Source: a virus (Duplodnaviria; Caudoviricetes). Taken from it: a stretch of DNA of 25,016 nt. A model generated the notes under the pieces. The model worked only from the letters and a program-made list of their open reading frames with translations, was not told the DNA's origin and searched no databases. Positions 1 through 8,991 of the stretch are shown here, one piece after another; within the stretch, counting starts at the first letter, position 1; each line of letters starts with the position of its first letter. A program made the translations under genes and the position numbers. The DNA is taken from positions 1 to 25,016 of the IMG/VR virus record IMGVR_UViG_3300043406_000047. One strand, given 5' to 3'.

Positions 1-622
1 GGACGGTGCACCGAATCACGAAACCTTCGTTCTGCTCGAACATCACCGGGTACTCGTCCGGCGTGATGCGCCCGTAGAGGCTCGTGTCAGCTGGGACGAT
101 CACTCCCGTTGTCGCCGTGCCAGTGGAACCTGTGATCGCCGAACAAATAGTATCAAGCGTCACGGTGCCACTTGTGAGCGTGCCAGTGCTCGCGCATCGC
201 ATGTCGCCGACTGCGCTGGTCGGGAAGTCCGTGCGGTTTTTGCAGTTGTTGCCCGTCAGCGTGACCGCGTTGCCCCCAGAGCCGCTCACCGTGTACGAGC
301 GTCCGAGCCGCATCTCGAATGTTGGTGCCCCAGCTGCAAATGCGGTGCCTGCGACTGACGCAGAGAGCTTCACGCTTCGCAGTAGGCAGTTGAGCGTCGC
401 CGAAGTCCAACGGAGCTGGAAGATCTGCGAGTTCGCAGCGAGCCCGGCCGCCATCGTTCCGGAGATGGCGCCAGCGCGGTAGGCGCCCTCGCTCGTGGTG
501 AGCGCGATCGGATACTGCGCGACGTGCAGAGACCCGTCGACCGATCCGGCAAGGCCGAACTTCTGCGTGATGCGCGCAAGCTGCGTGCCCGCGCTGTCGA
601 GCAATCGTGTTCCGAGTGCCAT
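1..622 (-). CDS. Partial (C-terminus off window) beta-rich phage virion/appendage protein, >=207 aa
   Basis: Not in ORF track. ATG at 622 overlaps the upstream stop (TGATG) and the frame stays open to base 2: MALGTRLLDSAGTQLARITQKFG...GAISGTMAAGLAANSQIFQLRWTS...DEYPVMFEQNEGFVIRCTV. Thr/Ser/Gly/Ala-rich; lies after the ejection genes, where fibres/spikes usually are. Confidence 0.7.
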   Translation of the reverse strand, partial: MALGTRLLDSAGTQLARITQKFGLAGSVDGSLHVAQYPIALTTSEGAYRAGAISGTMAAGLAANSQIFQLRWTSATLNCLLRSVKLSASVAGTAFAAGAPTFEMRLGRSYTVSGSGGNAVTLTGNNCKNRTDFPTSAVGDMRCASTGTLTSGTVTLDTICSAITGSTGTATTGVIVPADTSLYGRITPDEYPVMFEQNEGFVIRCTV

Positions 623-1023
623 CAGACGGCCTCCCAATGCACGGTGAACTGGCCCTTTGCGAGCGTGCCCTCGAGCCACATGTTGATCGTGAAGCCGGTC
701 CCGACGACGCGATCGGTGACCACGAGCTTGCCGTCTTGCCCAAGCAGCGTGTGCTCATCCGCGGTGCTGTCCGCGGTGCTGTCGTCCTGGAGCCAGGCTT
801 GAATGCTGCTGCTGGATGTCACCCACGTTTGCCCGGTGACGGTGGCGCTGGCGGAGTCCGTGAAGGACGCTCCGAAGTCGACCGTCGCCGTTGCAAAGTG
901 CGATCCGCCGCTTGCGGCTCCCGAGACGATGTTCGTCCCGTCGAACGTGAGCGCGTCGCCCGGCGCAAACGAGCCAGTGACTCGCGCGTCGACTCCGTCA
1001 ACTCTGAGGCCGTCGCGGAACAT
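622..1023 (-). CDS. Small virion protein resembling a tail-fibre/appendage C-terminal beta domain (133 aa)
   Basis: C-terminus TGFTINMW...FTVHWEAV resembles the TGFT...W-x-A ending of small phage fibre beta domains; position in structural operon. Confidence 0.5.
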   Translation of the reverse strand: MFRDGLRVDGVDARVTGSFAPGDALTFDGTNIVSGAASGGSHFATATVDFGASFTDSASATVTGQTWVTSSSSIQAWLQDDSTADSTADEHTLLGQDGKLVVTDRVVGTGFTINMWLEGTLAKGQFTVHWEAV

Positions 1024-1026
1024 GGC

Positions 1027-1353
1027 TCAGCGCACGCGTTGGAAGCTGACGATCACGTCCGCCGCGCCGTTTCGGATGGTGCGGATGTGAGTGATGATCG
1101 CGGGGTCGATCCAGATGCGGCGCGGAGTGGTCGTCACGAGCCAGTCAGCGGTCGTTGCCGCGCCCATGCCCGTCTTGCCGAACGCCACATGCACGAATCC
1201 GGCGGCGACGAACTCGTAGATCGCGCCCGAGGTGCTGTTCTGCGTGATCGCCTTCTCGGCGGTGCTTGCCGCGGTCGCGGTTTCGGTCTGCGGCGCGGTC
1301 TCGGTGCCGGTGAACGGCGCGCGCGGTGCGAAAAACTCGGGTTCGCCTAGCAT
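1027..1353 (-). CDS. Hypothetical small structural protein (108 aa), possible spike/fibre base
   Basis: TGATG coupling at 1353; beta-strand-like pattern (IYEFVAAGFVHVAFG, ITHIRTIR, VIVSFQR). Function inferred from position only. Confidence 0.5.
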   Translation of the reverse strand: MLGEPEFFAPRAPFTGTETAPQTETATAASTAEKAITQNSTSGAIYEFVAAGFVHVAFGKTGMGAATTADWLVTTTPRRIWIDPAIITHIRTIRNGAADVIVSFQRVR

Positions 1354-3050
1354 CAGAACTCTCCTGGTCGGCCGGTGGCCTTTTTCAGCGTCATGCCGAC
1401 GGTGCGGCGGTATTCGGGGTCGTCGTTGAGGTCGTAGAGCAACGAGGTGAGCTCCATCGGGTCTCCGGTCGCCTGCGCCTCCTGGAATCGCTGCGCGTAC
1501 GGGCCGAGCGATTGCGGGTCGGTAGCGAGCGCTTGCAGCGCGGCGTCGCCCATCTCATGGCCGCGACTCGAGCTGTTGACCTTGTCGGCCATCGCGGCCG
1601 CCGAGCCGACGCCCGCAGCCTTGCCGACGCCGGGCGCCATCGAACCCGCCCACTCGGCGAGCGCGGAGCCTCCGGTCAGCGCGTTTGCTGCTGCGTCGTG
1701 GCCGTAGGCCCGCGTGAGCTTGCCAGCGCCGTAGCCCGCGACAGCGCCGGGGATGCCTCCCATCGCGCCGCCAGCGCCGGACCAGCCGAGCGTTGGCAGG
1801 AGGCCCATGGGCTTCGCGTCTTGGATCGCCTTCTCGTTCGCGAGGTTCTCGATCGTGGCCGCGAACCCGTGCTGCCGCCGCGCGGTGTCGTACGCCTGGC
1901 GCGTCTCGGGGAGCGCGAGCTCCATCGAGCTGTCGAGCTCGCGTCGCGCGAGGCCCGCAGCCTCCTGGTTGACAAGCGGCCCCTGGCCCGTCGGCAGGTT
2001 GCGGATGTCATCCGCGACGTATCCGCCCGCGTCCTCCAGCTCCTTCTTCAGCGTCCACAGCTGGCGCGGGGACTGCATCGTGTTGTTGACCGGACCCAGC
2101 CGGTCAAGCAGCTCGGTGGCGACAGCCTCGCGCGGCGCACCGAGTGAGCTGCGGTTCGCGGCGCCCTGGCGCTGCATCGTCTGCAAGCCGCTCGCGATCG
2201 GATCGAGGTAACCGTGTGCGCCCTGAGCGCCAGCGTCGTCGATCGCTTGCCCGTACGCCTGCCCGGAAGCCTCGCGTACTGCGCCGGCCTTCCGCGCGTA
2301 ATCCGCGGCGCTCTGGGGGATGATGCTGTTCGTCAGGCCCATCTCCTCGGCCTGCTGCGCGAGCTCGGACTGCGAGTAGTCGAGGCCATTTTTGCGAGCG
2401 AGGGTCGCGAAGTCGCCCGGCGTGCTGAACGCCGCGGCGCGCTCGGAGTTCGCCGCGCGCGACAGCATCGGCGCGAGCTTGCCGACGCCCGCGAGTCCGC
2501 CGCCGACAGCGCCCGCGACGCCGACGCCGGTGAGACCGGCCTGTGACCGGTCGTCGAGTCCGCCGTCCGCGCTCAGGAAGCCCGTCGCACCGCCCTGCAT
2601 GAGCGCCATGCCCAGCTGTTCGAGCGCCGTAGCTCCGCCGCTGGCGAGCGCAGGCAAAGCCCCGCCCGCCGCCTGGCCGATGCCGTACGCCCACGGGGAG
2701 CGCTGTTGCGACTGGTCACGCAGTCCTTGCTGCTCGCGCACCGACGTGCCTGGGAGCATGCCGGCGAGCTCATCCGCGCCGCCCATGGTGACGCCCTGCG
2801 CTGCGCCCATCGCGCCGTCGTACAGACCTTCGCCACCGCGCTGGAGAAGCTCGCCCATCATCTCGAGCGAGCTCATTGGAGGCTGCTGGGGAGCGTGGGC
2901 CGCCTGCTGCTGCGCGGGCGGCGGCTGATCGTCGTTCGTCTCTAGCGTGGAAGGCACGACCATCCACGACTGTCCGCCGTCATGGCTGAGCAGGTCGCGG
3001 ACCTCGCCGGTACGCTTGTTGCGCTGCTGCTTGAAGAGGGGATCGCTCAC
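1353..3050 (-). CDS. Putative internal virion / DNA ejection protein (565 aa)
   Basis: Start re-called to GTG 3050 (GTGA overlap with upstream stop; GGAGG 7 nt upstream). Gly/Ala-rich hydrophobic stretches (GAAQGVTMGGADELAG; GVGVAGAVGGGLAG; GGAMGGIPGAVAGYGAG) are typical of podovirus ejection proteins; third large gene after the nozzle. Confidence 0.65.
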   Translation of the reverse strand: MSDPLFKQQRNKRTGEVRDLLSHDGGQSWMVVPSTLETNDDQPPPAQQQAAHAPQQPPMSSLEMMGELLQRGGEGLYDGAMGAAQGVTMGGADELAGMLPGTSVREQQGLRDQSQQRSPWAYGIGQAAGGALPALASGGATALEQLGMALMQGGATGFLSADGGLDDRSQAGLTGVGVAGAVGGGLAGVGKLAPMLSRAANSERAAAFSTPGDFATLARKNGLDYSQSELAQQAEEMGLTNSIIPQSAADYARKAGAVREASGQAYGQAIDDAGAQGAHGYLDPIASGLQTMQRQGAANRSSLGAPREAVATELLDRLGPVNNTMQSPRQLWTLKKELEDAGGYVADDIRNLPTGQGPLVNQEAAGLARRELDSSMELALPETRQAYDTARRQHGFAATIENLANEKAIQDAKPMGLLPTLGWSGAGGAMGGIPGAVAGYGAGKLTRAYGHDAAANALTGGSALAEWAGSMAPGVGKAAGVGSAAAMADKVNSSSRGHEMGDAALQALATDPQSLGPYAQRFQEAQATGDPMELTSLLYDLNDDPEYRRTVGMTLKKATGRPGEF

Positions 3051-4360
3051 CGGATGTCCTCCCACTCGTCGTCGTCCGGGTTGATGACGTCGCGCACCAT
3101 CGGCGGCGCCTGCCCGGGCACCACCCCTAGCCCCGGACCAGTGGCCGCAGGACCGCGTGTTTCACGTGAAGCGCCGGGGTTGCCGAGGAAGTTGCCAAGG
3201 CCCGACTCGCCAAGCACTTCGTCGGCGACGTCTTCGCGACCCACGCGGCGCGCGCGCAGGCTGCCCTGCACAAGCTTCTTGATCCCCGCGATCGACGCCC
3301 TGATCTCGGCCTCGTTCGAGCTGTCGAGACCAGCCGCGAGCCGGTAGAGCTCCTTCTTTTCGTTGCCGGCGAACGCAGCGCCTGACCGCTCGCGCGCGAG
3401 GATGTCGCGCACGTTGGCGAGGTCCTTCCGGACCTTCAGCCCATCTTCGCCCGCGCCTACCAGTGGCCAGTCGTTGTCGAGCTGGAAGCGGTCGAGCTCG
3501 CCAACGCCTGGAAGGTCCTTCGGGTGCTTGGCGAAGTCGCCGTCTACCTCCCGGATGGCTTGCCCGAGTTCGAGGTATTTCCCGGAGTCCTTGGTGAACT
3601 TGCGGGCGTTCTCGGCGTGGTCGACCTGTTGCTGCCGGGTGCGTCGCTCGTCCGCGAGGTCGGCACGCATCGATGCGGCTTCCGTGCGTGCGGCTTGCGA
3701 TGACCGCATCTGCTCGCGGCGCAACGCGCGGTCTTCGTCCCGATCGGCGTCGCGGCCGGCGGATTCTTGATGGCGGGCCTCGAACTCCTTGAGCTGGTAC
3801 GGGGTCAGCCCGCCGTTGGCCTGGTTCGCCTTGAATTGCTGCTCTTGCAGACCGAGCGCACGCATCCGCGCATCGTTCTCAGCCTTGCGGATCGCGAGCG
3901 TCTCGGGATCGCCCTGGCTGCGCTGCATGCGCTCCGCGATGCCCGCCCTGTCGAGCGCGTGTTGCCGCTGGAGCTCGTAGTTCTCGCGGTCGACGTTGGG
4001 TAGCGGCTTGCTCGCGGCAGCCACCAGCGGCCCGAGAGAGCGCCCCTTGTTCAAGATGGCGTCGGCGAACATCGCGAGGATGAGTCCGGTCTGATCGCGA
4101 TGCGCCTCCATCTGAGGCGGCTCGGGCAGCCCGTCAGCGAGCGCCTGCCAGTGGTCCATGACCGGCGCAGGCTTGTCGCGGTTCTCGGCGTGCCCGAGCG
4201 GCGGCGTCTGGTTGAGCGCGAGCTCCGCCTGCTCTGGACCGGGCGGGCCTTGCGGCTGCATCGACGGGTCGCTGAGCGCAGGCGCGGAGAGCGGGGGCAT
4301 GCCAAGCAGCGCGCCCCACTTCTCGCCCTCGTCTTCTTCGAATGGGAATAGGCCTGGCAT
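3047..4360 (-). CDS. Putative internal virion / DNA ejection protein (437 aa)
   Basis: Pro-rich N-terminus, a short hydrophobic helix (GLILAMFADAIL), long Arg/Glu/Gln coiled-coil region, acidic C-terminus DDDEWEDIR; synteny. Confidence 0.6.
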   Translation of the reverse strand: MPGLFPFEEDEGEKWGALLGMPPLSAPALSDPSMQPQGPPGPEQAELALNQTPPLGHAENRDKPAPVMDHWQALADGLPEPPQMEAHRDQTGLILAMFADAILNKGRSLGPLVAAASKPLPNVDRENYELQRQHALDRAGIAERMQRSQGDPETLAIRKAENDARMRALGLQEQQFKANQANGGLTPYQLKEFEARHQESAGRDADRDEDRALRREQMRSSQAARTEAASMRADLADERRTRQQQVDHAENARKFTKDSGKYLELGQAIREVDGDFAKHPKDLPGVGELDRFQLDNDWPLVGAGEDGLKVRKDLANVRDILARERSGAAFAGNEKKELYRLAAGLDSSNEAEIRASIAGIKKLVQGSLRARRVGREDVADEVLGESGLGNFLGNPGASRETRGPAATGPGLGVVPGQAPPMVRDVINPDDDEWEDIR

Positions 4361-4363
4361 GTG

Positions 4364-6139
4364 TTACCCGGTGAGCCAGTCGAGGCCCTTGTCGAACCAG
4401 CTCTTCGGAGCCGGCTGGTTGATCGTGGCGATCGCGCTGGCCAGTTGGGCGTTCTCCTGCGCGTCCTTGCTGGACTGGTTTTGCAACTGGATACCAAGCA
4501 ACCCGCGGTTGAACTCGTCGCTCGCGATGTCGCGCTGCATGCCCGGAATGTACGACTGCGCGGCGAACTGTTGCCCGCTCGTTCTCAGACCGGCGTCCGC
4601 GAGCTGGCTCGCGCGGTTTGACGCGGCGGTCGTGGCCCCGCCTCGCGCGTCGGAGATCATCCCGGCCTTCTTGACGCCAAGGTCGACGCCAAACTGGTCG
4701 TGCTGCTGCTTGCTGGTCTGGTTGAGCCTGGCAGCCAAGTCGAGCGCCTCTCCGCGCTTGTAGGCTTCGCTGAAGCTCGAGTCGCGCATGTTGCTTGCGA
4801 GATTCCCCGCGCCCGTGGTGGCGCTGAGCCGACGATTCATGTTCCCGGACGCCATGGCATCGCTCGCGTTACGCATGTTGCTGGACTGCGTCGCAGCGCC
4901 GTTCATCCCGCCGAGCCGGCGGGTCATGTTGCCGGCCGTCAGCGCGTCGGAGGCGTTGCGCATGTTCGTCGCGAGGTTCGAGTACTGAGCGAGCGAGTTC
5001 TGCGACCGCGCGATCGCGTTGGCCTGCGCTCCGAGGTCTCCAAGCAACCGATTCTGCGAGGTCTGCTGCTGTGACCCGAGCATCGCGCCGATTTCGTGGC
5101 CGCTCGAGAGCATGCCGCGGCTCGACAGGTTGCGCAGAGCTGCGTCCATCGACGCACGCCGGTCCTGCTCCTCGACCAAGCGCTGCTTCTCGTAGATGAA
5201 CTTTTCCTCGGCCGTGATCTCCGGATCGGACAGGCCCCACCACTTGTCGGCCGCCTGCGTCTGACGAGCGAGGTCTTCCGGGTTCGTGTGCGCGTCGAGC
5301 GATCCGCCGGCCGCGCCGAACAGCATGTCGAGCGCCTGTTGCTGGGCGGCGACGTCCTGCGGGTTGCTGTGGGCGTCCATGCTGCCGTTCGCGGCTCCGA
5401 ACAGCATGTCGAGCGCCTCGTTCTGCGCTGCGATGCTCTCGGGGTCCGCGTACGCCTGAGCCGCCACGCTGGGGGGCAGCGCCTCCCACGGCGACTGGTT
5501 GATCCCGCCGAGCGTGGAGGCGAGCTCGTCCACCCGCGCGCGGTCCTCCGCGTTGAAGTCTTCGAACTGGGCACCGAGGTGGTCGGTGATTCCGGTGTTG
5601 CGCCCGATGAGCTGGTCGACGAAGGACTGCTGCTGAGCGAGCGCACCATGGTCTGCGCGACTCACAGCGGCGAGCGCCCCGGGCTGCTCCATCGCCGGAG
5701 GCAACAGCGGCTGACCGTTGCGCGTGATGACCGCGTTGGGGTCGCCGCCGAGTGCCTGGGCGAACAGCTGGTGGTCGTAGGTGTCCTGCGCGTACGCGAG
5801 GTTGTCTTGAGGGGAGCCGTTCAGGAACTCGTCGGTGCGCTGCTGGCGCTCCTCAACGTAGGAGTCATCTGCAACGTCGCTGGATGCGGCGCCGCCACTC
5901 TTGGCAGCGTTGACCTTGGAGGCGAGCTCGGCCTTCAGGGATGCAGGCAACATCCGCCAGGTGGCCTCGTCGGTGCCCGGGGGTGGCCCGCCGCTCGTGG
6001 TATCCCACGCGCTGAGCTGCTCATCGGTGAGCGGAGTTGTCGTACCGCCAACAAGACCTTTGACGAGCTCCTTGGAGCCCTTCCAGAAGGGGTTGACCGC
6101 CCACTGGGCGACCTCTTTCTTGGTGTTTTTGCTCACCAT
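4364..6139 (-). CDS. Putative internal virion / DNA ejection (pilot) protein (591 aa) with internal repeats
   Basis: Ala/Gln/Gly/Asn-rich helical composition; AALRNLSSRGMLSSG resembles the 'L-xx-RG-xx-SG' segment common in podophage ejection proteins; 27-aa and 29-aa repeats. Confidence 0.65.
   Translation of the reverse strand: MVSKNTKKEVAQWAVNPFWKGSKELVKGLVGGTTTPLTDEQLSAWDTTSGGPPPGTDEATWRMLPASLKAELASKVNAAKSGGAASSDVADDSYVEERQQRTDEFLNGSPQDNLAYAQDTYDHQLFAQALGGDPNAVITRNGQPLLPPAMEQPGALAAVSRADHGALAQQQSFVDQLIGRNTGITDHLGAQFEDFNAEDRARVDELASTLGGINQSPWEALPPSVAAQAYADPESIAAQNEALDMLFGAANGSMDAHSNPQDVAAQQQALDMLFGAAGGSLDAHTNPEDLARQTQAADKWWGLSDPEITAEEKFIYEKQRLVEEQDRRASMDAALRNLSSRGMLSSGHEIGAMLGSQQQTSQNRLLGDLGAQANAIARSQNSLAQYSNLATNMRNASDALTAGNMTRRLGGMNGAATQSSNMRNASDAMASGNMNRRLSATTGAGNLASNMRDSSFSEAYKRGEALDLAARLNQTSKQQHDQFGVDLGVKKAGMISDARGGATTAASNRASQLADAGLRTSGQQFAAQSYIPGMQRDIASDEFNRGLLGIQLQNQSSKDAQENAQLASAIATINQPAPKSWFDKGLDWLTG
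4785..4966 (-). repeat. 87-bp (29-aa) coding tandem repeat NMRNASDA..GNM.RRL, two full units plus the start of a third
   Basis: CGCATGTT recurs at 4785, 4872 and 4959 (period 87). Confidence 0.85.
5316..5418 (-). repeat. 81-bp (27-aa) coding repeat ALDMLFGAAxGSxDAHxNP
   Basis: Exact 22-mer ccgaacagcatgtcgagcgcct at 5316 and 5397. Confidence 0.85.
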
Positions 6140-6143
6140 CGCG

Positions 6144-6500
6144 TTACCCCACCATCAGGAACGTGTATCGGTAGGTATCGCCGGGCGTCGGCGTCATGCC
6201 GTCCACCGAATCGATGCGGCAGCGCTTGCGAGTGCCTTCCCACGTGAAGTGCACCATTCCGCCCGTGCGCAATGGCGTCTCCATCGTCTCCACGTTGCGG
6301 ATGCGACCGCACCACAGGATCGCCGGCTCGTGGTCGTAGCCTACGTACAGCGGCTCCGTGTAAGGCGCGTCGAACTGCACGAGCTCGATCCACGGCACCT
6401 TTGAGATGACCGTGTCGACGTCGCGCGCGAGCTCGCCGAGGTCTCTGTTTTTCCAGAGACGCTTGCGGATGCGGCCTGAGAGGAAGCGGAAGTTAGTCAC
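6144..6500 (-). CDS. Hypothetical protein following nozzle gene (118 aa)
   Basis: Start re-called to GTG 6500 (VTNFRFLSGR...), purine-rich GGAGAGGAG upstream, short overlap with the nozzle gene end. Confidence 0.6.
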   Translation of the reverse strand: MTNFRFLSGRIRKRLWKNRDLGELARDVDTVISKVPWIELVQFDAPYTEPLYVGYDHEPAILWCGRIRNVETMETPLRTGGMVHFTWEGTRKRCRIDSVDGMTPTPGDTYRYTFLMVG

Positions 6501-8991
6501 GCTCGGTCTCCTCTCCGCCTGGCGTGTACTTCGCCGAGATGCCGCGGAAGCTCCACGGCGCTGCAACGTTGCTCATTTTGAAGCCCGGACGCAGCACCGG
6601 CGCTATCGCGCATCGACGCGGCACGCCCGCAGTCGCGCGAGACTCTCCCGCGCTCTGGTTGCAAGCGAACGCGACGCTGTCGACGTCATCGAACACCGGC
6701 GTGATCGTGGCCGCGGCGTTCACGCCCTCGAACGCGTACGTCACGGACTGGAACTGCTTCATGTCGAACGGGTCGGAGACAAACAGCGGCTGGAACCGCA
6801 CGTCCGCGCCGGTCATGCGCGAGCTCGAGGTGTCCGCGTTGAAGGTGTAGAGCTCGGGCACCGCGCCCGACGTGAACTTGCCGAGCACGAGTGACTGCAG
6901 GTAGGGCGCCCACTCGCTGACGGAGTAGTCCGCGTTCGAGAACTTCACGAACGTCTTCGTGATCGTGTTGAAGATGTACGTCGTGCTGTTCGAAGGCGAC
7001 GCGCGGAAGGTCAACCACACCTCTTGGTGCAGCTGGTCCACGGACATGAACGTCTCCCACGTGTCGGAGAAGTTGGCGCCCACGAGCGTGTCGCCGATCA
7101 CGCCCAGCGAAATCTCTTGGATGCCGCCGTCATCGCTGATCGCGACCAGGCCGCGGTTCGTGTACGCCCACACGGTCTCCTTCAGCGATGCAGCCGCGTT
7201 GCGCGCCGAGAGAATGAGGTTGGGGTCAGCGAGGTCGACGCGCCATGCGGTGTCGCCGTCTCCACCGTCGCCAGACAGGCGATACAGACCGTCGGAGCAG
7301 AACAGCCAGAGCGCGTCGCGCGTCGGCACCATCCGGTAGAGCGTGCCGCTGCCAACGAACGTGAAGTTCAGCGGTGGCACGTGCTCGGGCTGCTGGAATT
7401 TGCTCCACGCGAGGCGGTTCTCGCGCACGTCGGGCGTGTACGTGTTCGCGGTGGCCGAGATTTCGGGAAGCGGCGGTGAGTAGTTGATGCCGTTCGTCGC
7501 ACGCAGGGTGAAGCTGCCACCCGCGTACACTCGAGGGAGTCGGAAGATGTACTCCTGTCCGCGGGCAGGATTGACAAACAAGTCGTCGACGAGTCCAGAG
7601 ACGTATACGAACGGGCTTCCGTTGACCCCATTCGCGCTGTAACCCGCGACTGCGGCGATAGCGAAATCGTCAAACGAGGCTGCAAACCCCATCGCAAGCG
7701 CCAGCTCGGAAGTCACGAGCCCAGAGACCGTCACGTTGATCACGTCTTCGGTCGCGACCGTCAGAGTTGACGACGCATTGGCGTTCGCGACGCACGTTAT
7801 CGTTGTCGCCGTGACAGAAACTATGGACGTCACGCCACCTGGGAAGTTGGCGCAAAACAGCTTCTGACCTGCGACGATTCCGCGCATGTTTACGACTGCA
7901 GTGATCGTTGGAGAGCCGCTGGATGTCGTGCCCGTGGTGTTACGAACCCCGATGCCGTAGATGCGGTCTGAGTTCGTGGAAAGAGGACCATAGGCAACGC
8001 GCGGCCCCACCGTTGCCTGCGCAGGCACTGCGGTCGCGGCGTAGAACATGTGCCCCTTGAATCCGCACATGTCGGAGCTGGCTGGCGGGTCGTAGTTCGC
8101 GCCCGCCGAAGTCTCCTGGCCGGAGTTCGAATACAGATCGACACCAAGCGCGTCGTCAGGGCACGAGTCGCGAACGGTAACGTATCCGTTCGCGACGTCC
8201 CCTGCCGTTATTACCTGGGACACGGCCAGCTGCATTCTGTCACCAGGTGACGTCGTGTAAGGCGTAACCGTGCGCGTGCGGTAGAGCTCTACAAAGTCGC
8301 CAGCCGCGTAGTTGTGGTGCATCGGGAAGCCGATTTTGAAGATAAAATCGAACGGTCCACCCGCCGCAGGTTGAACGCTGAGCGCATTCGGCGCAGACGC
8401 GGCGCTGACAAGCTCATAGCCGTCAGCCTGTTTGCGCCGAATGATGGCGCGCCATCCGGCGCAGGTGTCGTCTGCCATCGACACCGCGTCAGTCGACGTC
8501 GCCCCGCCGTAGTCCGTATACGAAACCGGAGACAACCCGGACATACGCGGCGACGAGCTTCCCTCCGAGTCCCATGCGGCCACACCGCGGAAGACCGCTG
8601 ACAGCGTCGTGTTCCACGACGTGAGGAAGAAGCGTCCGCGCTGGGTTGCCATCCGAACGCGTCCAGCGATTGCCCTTGGATCCCAAAGTGCGTTGGGAAC
8701 ACCAGCAACCACCAGCGACCCGCTCGTCGCCCAGTTCAGGCGATAGGTCGTCACGCCCGCGTCCTCGATGTACACCAGGAGACTCGACGCGCCTGAATGG
8801 ATCAGTCGCGGAAGAAGGCTCACGGTGCCGGATGCGCTCCGATACAGCGTCACACCCGGCATGCTCGAGATGACACCGGGCGACCGCATGACGACGTTGG
8901 TCGCTACGCTCAGCGCGCCGCGCTTGTACTGGCCGTACTTCGCCGGCTGCGTCACCAAGCCGATGGGCGCGACGATGCTCTGCCGGCTCAT
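6493..8991 (-). CDS. Tail nozzle / stabilization protein (T7 gp12 / P22 gp10-like), 832 aa
   Basis: Start re-called to ATG 8991 (ATGA overlap; MSRQSIVAPIGLVT). Beta-propeller-like motifs: NVVMRSPGVISSMPG, FKGHMFYA, NRLAWSKFQQPEHVP, RDALWLFCSDGLYRLSG. Size and position directly after adaptor. Confidence 0.75.
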   Translation of the reverse strand: MSRQSIVAPIGLVTQPAKYGQYKRGALSVATNVVMRSPGVISSMPGVTLYRSASGTVSLLPRLIHSGASSLLVYIEDAGVTTYRLNWATSGSLVVAGVPNALWDPRAIAGRVRMATQRGRFFLTSWNTTLSAVFRGVAAWDSEGSSSPRMSGLSPVSYTDYGGATSTDAVSMADDTCAGWRAIIRRKQADGYELVSAASAPNALSVQPAAGGPFDFIFKIGFPMHHNYAAGDFVELYRTRTVTPYTTSPGDRMQLAVSQVITAGDVANGYVTVRDSCPDDALGVDLYSNSGQETSAGANYDPPASSDMCGFKGHMFYAATAVPAQATVGPRVAYGPLSTNSDRIYGIGVRNTTGTTSSGSPTITAVVNMRGIVAGQKLFCANFPGGVTSIVSVTATTITCVANANASSTLTVATEDVINVTVSGLVTSELALAMGFAASFDDFAIAAVAGYSANGVNGSPFVYVSGLVDDLFVNPARGQEYIFRLPRVYAGGSFTLRATNGINYSPPLPEISATANTYTPDVRENRLAWSKFQQPEHVPPLNFTFVGSGTLYRMVPTRDALWLFCSDGLYRLSGDGGDGDTAWRVDLADPNLILSARNAAASLKETVWAYTNRGLVAISDDGGIQEISLGVIGDTLVGANFSDTWETFMSVDQLHQEVWLTFRASPSNSTTYIFNTITKTFVKFSNADYSVSEWAPYLQSLVLGKFTSGAVPELYTFNADTSSSRMTGADVRFQPLFVSDPFDMKQFQSVTYAFEGVNAAATITPVFDDVDSVAFACNQSAGESRATAGVPRRCAIAPVLRPGFKMSNVAAPWSFRGISAKYTPGGEETERD

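Noticed and set aside
1378-1390. G AAA AAG near the end of the 565-aa gene as a -1 frameshift site
   Set aside because: Not a full X XXY YYZ heptamer, and the next gene has its own coupled start.
4364-6139. Tape measure protein call
   Set aside because: No tail tube, sheath or chaperone genes; the adaptor-nozzle context indicates a short tail.
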